Positions 33,294-38,475 of a DNA stretch of 38,475 nucleotides are shown here, piece by piece. The stretch is from a virus (lineage: Duplodnaviria; Caudoviricetes), in IMG/VR virus record IMGVR_UViG_3300005512_000110, positions 1-38,475 of that record; one strand, 5' to 3'. The notes beneath the pieces are model-generated. The model had not been told where the DNA came from, ran no database searches, and was given only the letters and a program-made list of their open reading frames with translations. Both the position numbers and the translations under genes were made by a program. Positions within the stretch are counted from its first letter, which is position 1. Each line of letters begins with the position of its first letter.

Positions 33294-34924
33294 TTAGCCC
33301 CCGTTGTCAGTTGTGCGAGTGTTTCTGCGGCAGACCGGTGTGCCCGGTCATCGGGCCACAACTCGCCGCTCTGGATTGCTGTGAGTGAGTCAGCCGTATG
33401 CTGCATGGCAAGCGCGGACGCAACAGTCTGCGGGTGGCCAACGCCCATTGCCGCGACCACCTCGGCAAGCATGGTGGCCGCGTGGCGCTGGTGGTCTGGA
33501 TAGAACCCGCCGGCCCACTCGGTGGCGTCACCGCGTTTCATCGCTCGGCTTGCCTTGTCGTGCTCGACATGGAGCAGTCGCGCGTATACGCCCTCAAGCA
33601 GTGGCAAGAACGCGGACCGGTCATCTTCCTCGGCGGGCTCGGTGTCCTCGTCAGGGTCTGGCGGTGGCGCGGTTGGTGCTGGTTTCGACGGCCCGAGCTC
33701 GCCTGCTTTGTCGGCGGGTATCATGTTCTGCGGTATGAGGTACACTTCGCCCTGCCCGTCGGGCAGCGGGTTCATGTTCTCTTTCTCGCGGATGTCGTCA
33801 ACGCTCAGCCAGCCCCACTGCCGGCCAATGGAATGCGACTGATACCTGCTCGCTGTGTCGCCACGCAACAGCCCGTCAACGACATGCTCCGCGTACAGGT
33901 CCGACTCGCCGGGCAGGAACATCTTGCGCCGCACCTCCTGCTCCCAGCGGACAAGCCATGGCATCAGTGTGTCGGTCACGTACTCAATCGACTGGTGCTC
34001 GATGTTGCTGAACGTCGCGCGTATTAGGTGCTGAACCTTGTGCGGCGGCATCCTGAACCAGCGGCAGATTTCCTCAACACTGAACTGCCCAGACTCAATC
34101 ATCTGGGCGTCTTCAGGGTTGATGCTCGACTCTTTCCAGGTCACGCCCTGCTCAAGAATGGCTGGCCGGTGCGCGTTGTCGGCGCCGCCGTGCTTATCAG
34201 CCCACGACTCCTTGAGCCGCTTGTGTGCCTCATCCTTTAGCACGCCCGGCACTTCAAGCACGCCGCCGGGCCTACCGCCGTTGCCAAAAAACTTGCCGCG
34301 GTACTTCTGCTGTGCCAGCGCCACGCCGACGCTGTTCTTTGCTACCTCAATGGGCGAGTAGCCAACCAGCCCGTCGAAGCCAAGCCCGTGGATGTGCAGC
34401 ACTTGCTCAGCGCGCAGCGTGCGGGGCTCCTGCCGTGCCTCGTCACGCACCTCGTAAATAATCGCGTTCTGACTGTCGCGCCCCGGTGTCACGCTTGTCG
34501 GGTGGAGGGGGAACAACGCAGATGGCCGCCCGCTACCAAGCCTGACAATCTCCGCATATCCGTTGCCCCAGCCGAGGCAATGGTGTGTAATTGTCTCTCG
34601 GAACGTGTACGCTGTCATCTCGTCGTTTGGCGCGTCGTGCAGAAGCCTCCATGCTGGGTGTTGTGGGTTCGGCTCTTTGCCGCGCGGCTTCAACGACCGA
34701 TAGACCTTGAACGGCAGCTTGGCCACATCCTCGGCGATGTTACGAACACACGCGAAGTAAACGCTCAACTCAAGCGCGGTCGTTTCGTTGACGTTCACGC
34801 CGGCGTCGGACTTGCCGCCGCCAAGCGCATCCACCAACCATGTCGCGGGCGAGCGCAGCGTGGAGCGTGCCTCGGCGCTCACTAGCGCCCGCAAGACACC
34901 CCCCAGATAGCTTCTTAGCTTCAT
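33290..34924 (-). CDS. Portal protein, HK97 family
   Basis: VYFACVRNIAEDVAKLP, WGNGYA, VLHIHG, GYSPI, EICRWFRMPPH, TFSNIE. Confidence 0.95.
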   Translation of the reverse strand: MKLRSYLGGVLRALVSAEARSTLRSPATWLVDALGGGKSDAGVNVNETTALELSVYFACVRNIAEDVAKLPFKVYRSLKPRGKEPNPQHPAWRLLHDAPNDEMTAYTFRETITHHCLGWGNGYAEIVRLGSGRPSALFPLHPTSVTPGRDSQNAIIYEVRDEARQEPRTLRAEQVLHIHGLGFDGLVGYSPIEVAKNSVGVALAQQKYRGKFFGNGGRPGGVLEVPGVLKDEAHKRLKESWADKHGGADNAHRPAILEQGVTWKESSINPEDAQMIESGQFSVEEICRWFRMPPHKVQHLIRATFSNIEHQSIEYVTDTLMPWLVRWEQEVRRKMFLPGESDLYAEHVVDGLLRGDTASRYQSHSIGRQWGWLSVDDIREKENMNPLPDGQGEVYLIPQNMIPADKAGELGPSKPAPTAPPPDPDEDTEPAEEDDRSAFLPLLEGVYARLLHVEHDKASRAMKRGDATEWAGGFYPDHQRHAATMLAEVVAAMGVGHPQTVASALAMQHTADSLTAIQSGELWPDDRAHRSAAETLAQLTTGAN

Positions 34925-36549
34925 ACTGTTAGCACTCCGCGCGTCTCGTAAACGCTGGCCGTCTCGCCAGTGACCATCGCCCGACCAAGCGCCATAATCA
35001 GGGCCACGATGCCGTCGATCTTCTCGGTGCTCTTGTCTTTAGCGGGCTTAATGTTGCCCGCTGGGTCTTGCTGTGCTGTTACGTTGCTTGCCATCCACCG
35101 AAGTACAGGGTGCCCGCCATGTGATATCTTTCCGTCAAGCACCAACCGCTCAAGCTCTTTGGTTGGCGCGCTCATGCTCGCGTAACCCTGACCGAATGGC
35201 ACCACGACGCTTTCGCTCAACCCCTCGCTGCACAACTGCTGCCGCAACGCTTCCAGGTTCCACCGGTCAGCGGCAATCTCTTGGATGTCGTACAGCTCGC
35301 CGCACTCCTGTATGGTCTGCTTGATTGCCGAATAGTCGATAACGTTTCCCGGCGTCAGCGTTACCAGCCCCTCGCGCCCCCATGTCTCGTATGGCACCCG
35401 GTCCTTGCGCTCTCGCTGTCTTGCGTTATCCGCAGGCACCCAGAAGTGCGGCACAACCAGATAGCCATCATCCTCTGGAAATAGCAGCACGAACGCCGCG
35501 ATGTCGGTGGTACTGGCGAGGTCGAGCCCCCCGAAACATGCCCGGCCCGCCAGTTCCCCCGGGTCCACCGGACCATCGCAGGCGTCCCACTTGTCCATTT
35601 GCAACCAGCGCACATCCTGTTCGGTCCAGATGTTCAGCCGGTATCGCTTGAAAGCGTTTTCTTTGGTCGGCGACTCCTGCGCCTCTTTGCAGTCGGACGC
35701 GAATGTCGCCTCGTCAATAGTCACGCCGAAAGACGGATTGGCCTTGCGCCACACGTCCGGTGATGTCCAATCTTCCTGCTCGACATCAGCGGCACGGATG
35801 TAGGCGAAAAACGAATCATCCTCAACCACACCGTCGAGCACCTGCTTGGCATACTGGTGCTGCTCGTAACAGATGCTATGCTTGTCATAGCCTGCGGTAG
35901 TAATGCTGACCAACAGCGGTTGCTCGCGTGCGGCGCCGCCGTACCTGAGTGTGTCCCACAGGTCGCGCGACTTCTGTGCGTGCAATTCGTCGAACGCGAG
36001 TCCATGGATGTTCAACCCCTCGGCGACGGTTGACTCCCGCGACAGCACGACGTACTTACTCTCGGCGTCCGGGTACAAGATCGTCTTTGTCGAGGGTATC
36101 ACACGTAAGCGAGCGTTCAGTAGCGGCGACTTGCGCACCATCTTCGCCGCCTCGTCGAACACAATGCCCGCCTGCTTGCGGTCTGCGGCGGCACTGTAAA
36201 CTTCAGCGCCAGCCTCGCCATCACCGACCAGCAGGAAGAGGCACACGCCAGACATCAGCGCAGACTTGCCGTTTTTCTTCGGCACTTCGACATAGGCCAA
36301 CCGATACCGTCGCGTCCCGTCCGCGCGCTTCCAGCCAAATAGTGGCATCAGGAAGTCGTGTTTTTGCCAATCCTGTAACAGGAACGGCTTGCCCGCCCAC
36401 CGGCCCTTGCTGTGGCACAAGAACTGCTCAAAGAAGTCAACAACCCGCTGTGCCGCCACTTCATCAAACCAACAGCCACGACCAACAGCACGCCTATCCG
36501 CCCCACTCTTGGTCCACCGCTTTGTGGTGGCGTCAGCCTGCTTTGCCAA
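34921..36549 (-). CDS. terL: Terminase large subunit
   Basis: Walker A VPKKNGKS, Walker B AFDELH, ITTAG, nuclease GGLDLAS...D and KIDGIVA; start uncertain (frame open to 36636). Confidence 0.95.
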   Translation of the reverse strand: MAKQADATTKRWTKSGADRRAVGRGCWFDEVAAQRVVDFFEQFLCHSKGRWAGKPFLLQDWQKHDFLMPLFGWKRADGTRRYRLAYVEVPKKNGKSALMSGVCLFLLVGDGEAGAEVYSAAADRKQAGIVFDEAAKMVRKSPLLNARLRVIPSTKTILYPDAESKYVVLSRESTVAEGLNIHGLAFDELHAQKSRDLWDTLRYGGAAREQPLLVSITTAGYDKHSICYEQHQYAKQVLDGVVEDDSFFAYIRAADVEQEDWTSPDVWRKANPSFGVTIDEATFASDCKEAQESPTKENAFKRYRLNIWTEQDVRWLQMDKWDACDGPVDPGELAGRACFGGLDLASTTDIAAFVLLFPEDDGYLVVPHFWVPADNARQRERKDRVPYETWGREGLVTLTPGNVIDYSAIKQTIQECGELYDIQEIAADRWNLEALRQQLCSEGLSESVVVPFGQGYASMSAPTKELERLVLDGKISHGGHPVLRWMASNVTAQQDPAGNIKPAKDKSTEKIDGIVALIMALGRAMVTGETASVYETRGVLTV

Positions 36550-36982
36550 GGAACACGTCCAGTGCGTCGCCTGTGTCTGGTTTCTGCGTCTTGATGCGCG
36601 CGCGATCTGCCGGCGACCATCCGAACTTTGCGCCAAACTTGTCGAGCGCCTGTGTTTCCTCGCGGAGCACCAACGCCCACGGGTTGCGCCGACCGTCGAT
36701 CACATCTCCGTCTTTCTCTAGCTCCTCGATAGCCCTGCGCATTCGGTACACAGACAGGCACGCACGCGCAAAACTCATCGTGTCGGCGGTAGTCAGCGTG
36801 CCCATGTGTGCCGCTACCGACGCCTCGCTGTTCCAAACCTCTTTCGCGCCATCGGGTAGCCAGGAAGGGCAGCGCGCAACACCATCTGGCGGCTGGGGCT
36901 CGTTGTCGGGTATGGGCCTGCGACCGGGGTTGCCCTCTAAGCGCCTGATATTGCTCGGTTTTGGCTTACGTCCTCGTGCCAT
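36533..36982 (-). CDS. terS: Terminase small subunit, P27 family
   Basis: MARGRKPKP...GNPGRRP...CPSWL...NPW...FGWSPADRARI. Confidence 0.92.
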   Translation of the reverse strand: MARGRKPKPSNIRRLEGNPGRRPIPDNEPQPPDGVARCPSWLPDGAKEVWNSEASVAAHMGTLTTADTMSFARACLSVYRMRRAIEELEKDGDVIDGRRNPWALVLREETQALDKFGAKFGWSPADRARIKTQKPDTGDALDVFLGKAG

Positions 36983-37053
36983 GGGTCAAAAGTGTCAATT
37001 TCGCGCCCGCGCGCAAAAGGGGAAACGCTACGCAAGCCCGGGCCGCGTGAGCG

Positions 37054-38016
37054 TCACGACCGCGCGCCGACCACGACCACGCCCCCGCCGCCCAGCAGTT
37101 CCATATCGTGGGCCGCGTAGGTGCAGGGCATCGGGATAGAGCGCGCCCACGTCTGCGAACCGTCGGCCAGGTCCAGCTTGCACAGTGCCGACGTTGCCAG
37201 GCTGTAAACGTCCGAGCCGCTGGCCCGCAAGCGTAGGCCGCCATCGTCGCCCTGCCAGTCAGTGGCGTAGTCGCCGAGCTGGCCGCGAGCAATGGCGTAG
37301 TCAACGCTCGGATTGTCGATATAGTCTCGGTTGTTGACCCCAGCCCAAACGGGATAGCCACTGGTGCGCACGATCTGCCGCGACCCCTCGCCGGTCTTCA
37401 TGCGCATCCACGCCAAAGAGCCGCCCGCCGCGTCGTCGACTTGATAGTACGCTTCGCTCGGCGTCTTCGCCCCGCACCACAGCGACGAAGCGCCATCATG
37501 CCAGACGCATTGTGTCCCAGCCCCTAGACCCGCTTTCAGCCCGTACCAGACCAACGCACCCGCGCTATCGTACTTGCAGAGCTGCGCATTCATCGGTGGG
37601 GAGCCTACGGTGTAACCGTCGATCGCCCCGTACAGATTGCCCGCACCATCCATCGCCAGGTCGTGCCAGGTTTCCGGCAGAGCCACGACCAGCGATTGCG
37701 CACCCGTGGCCGGGTCCACGCGATAGATTCTACTGGCCCCCCCGCCAGTCAGTAGCCAGGCGTACGAGCCGCACCAACGCACCGCAAGCGGCTTGTAGTT
37801 CGCCGCCACGGTCCACTGCACCGCACCCGTTGCATCAAACTTCACAAGCTGGTGATTGCTCGTGCCGTCCGTGCTGGCCACGTACGCGTTATCGTCAGCG
37901 TCGACCGTCACGCACTCGGCGTCCTGCGCGACCTTGCCGCCCCACTTCAAACACCCCGACGCACCGAACGCCAGCACGTTGCACGCCGCGTAGTACCGCA
38001 GATATCCGCCCGCCAT
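37054..38016 (-). CDS. Beta-propeller protein (SBBP/PQQ-like blades)
   Basis: VTVDADDNAYV..LVKFDATGAVQW; LAMDGAGNLYG..LCKYDSAGALVW; LCKLDLADGSQTW; GGAGG RBS. Confidence 0.7.
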   Translation of the reverse strand: MAGGYLRYYAACNVLAFGASGCLKWGGKVAQDAECVTVDADDNAYVASTDGTSNHQLVKFDATGAVQWTVAANYKPLAVRWCGSYAWLLTGGGASRIYRVDPATGAQSLVVALPETWHDLAMDGAGNLYGAIDGYTVGSPPMNAQLCKYDSAGALVWYGLKAGLGAGTQCVWHDGASSLWCGAKTPSEAYYQVDDAAGGSLAWMRMKTGEGSRQIVRTSGYPVWAGVNNRDYIDNPSVDYAIARGQLGDYATDWQGDDGGLRLRASGSDVYSLATSALCKLDLADGSQTWARSIPMPCTYAAHDMELLGGGGVVVVGARS

Positions 38017-38043
38017 GATTCAGCCCTCCCTGTTTCCCCTCGA

Positions 38044-38438
38044 TTATGAACAAGTGCCGTCGTCGGCGTTCTCGTACCCGAACACGTAGCGCGGTGTGCC
38101 GTCGATGTCTGGTACAACGTGCATCCACACGATGACCTCATTGTCTGGCGTTCCACCAGTGCCACCGCCAACGGGTTGGATACTAAAGCCCGTTGGGTAC
38201 GCGTCGCCGCTGTCGTCAACGCTGTTACCCTGCATACCGGTGCCCTGCTCGACGTTGTTCATCTCGCGTAGGTTGAGCGCGGAGTTACTCGACGTGGTGC
38301 CGACCACGCCGCCCGTCACAGCGACGTATCCCGTACCCGACAGGCGAACGGGTACCCACGCATAGAGCCATCGCGTGTTTGTGCCGCTGATAGCCGCCCA
38401 CCCGGTAATAACCGCCGGGAAAGGTCCTGCGCATGTCA
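38044..38438 (-). CDS. Partial minor tail protein, paralogue of 20757-21317
   Basis: Shared GW..NTRW.YAW..VRL, ALNL.E..NV.QG.G.QGNSVDDSG.AYP..FSIQPVGGGTGG, YVF.Y.NADDGTC; 5' end cut by contig end. Confidence 0.75.
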
Positions 38439-38475
38439 AGATCGGAAGAGCACACGTCTGAACTCCAGTCACGCC
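38439..38475. other. Illumina TruSeq adapter (artefact)
   Basis: AGATCGGAAGAGCACACGTCTGAACTCCAGTCAC plus 3 nt of index. Confidence 0.98.

Larger units (their letters stand above)
22..37040. mobile_element. Tailed bacteriophage genome, HK97-like head, siphovirus-type tail
   Basis: Packaging, head, connector, tail, recombination and replication modules in canonical order; no host chromosomal genes. Confidence 0.93.

Noticed and set aside
38044-38438. Diversity-generating retroelement TR/VR pair with 20757-21150
   Set aside because: Differences involve all bases and look like ordinary codon-level divergence rather than adenine-specific changes; no reverse transcriptase seen.
38439-38475. Apparent terminal inverted repeat with 1-21, and ORF start MTGVQTCALPI
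   Set aside because: Both ends are TruSeq adapter; the peptide is translated adapter, not biology.

Overview
A near-complete (~37 kb) GC-rich tailed-phage genome of HK97/siphovirus type, with Illumina TruSeq adapter remnants at both ends. Minus strand, 36982 to 18489: the morphogenesis operon (terS, terL, portal, prohead protease, HK97 capsid, decoration protein, connectors, tail tube, G/GT chaperones with a -1 frameshift, short tape measure, tail-tip genes). Minus strand, ~4805 to 46: a second block (sigma factor, holin-like, lipoprotein, HigA-like fragment, beta-helix and BppU-like proteins, packaging HNH) ending at a probable cos end. Plus strand, 6566-18536: the early/middle operon (two ParB-like proteins, Gp157, Sak4-like ATPase, SSB, replication initiator, RNA ligase-like, RusA, HNH, metallophosphoesterase). 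I recognised no integrase, endolysin, DNA polymerase or tRNA. Most notable: (1) a translationally coupled sulfotransferase / glycosyltransferase / nucleotidyltransferase-GHMP kinase / methyltransferase-glycosyltransferase cassette between the capsid and connector genes, a candidate system for coating the virion in a sulfated, methylated glycan; (2) an inverted intergenic copy of the initiator gene's iteron/purine-tract origin that is better conserved than the in-gene one; (3) a HigA antitoxin-like protein lacking its HTH; (4) repeat-bounded early gene cassettes; (5) an extra paralogous tail cassette upstream of terS that may be a chimera. All family calls come from motif recognition by eye; no database searches were run.
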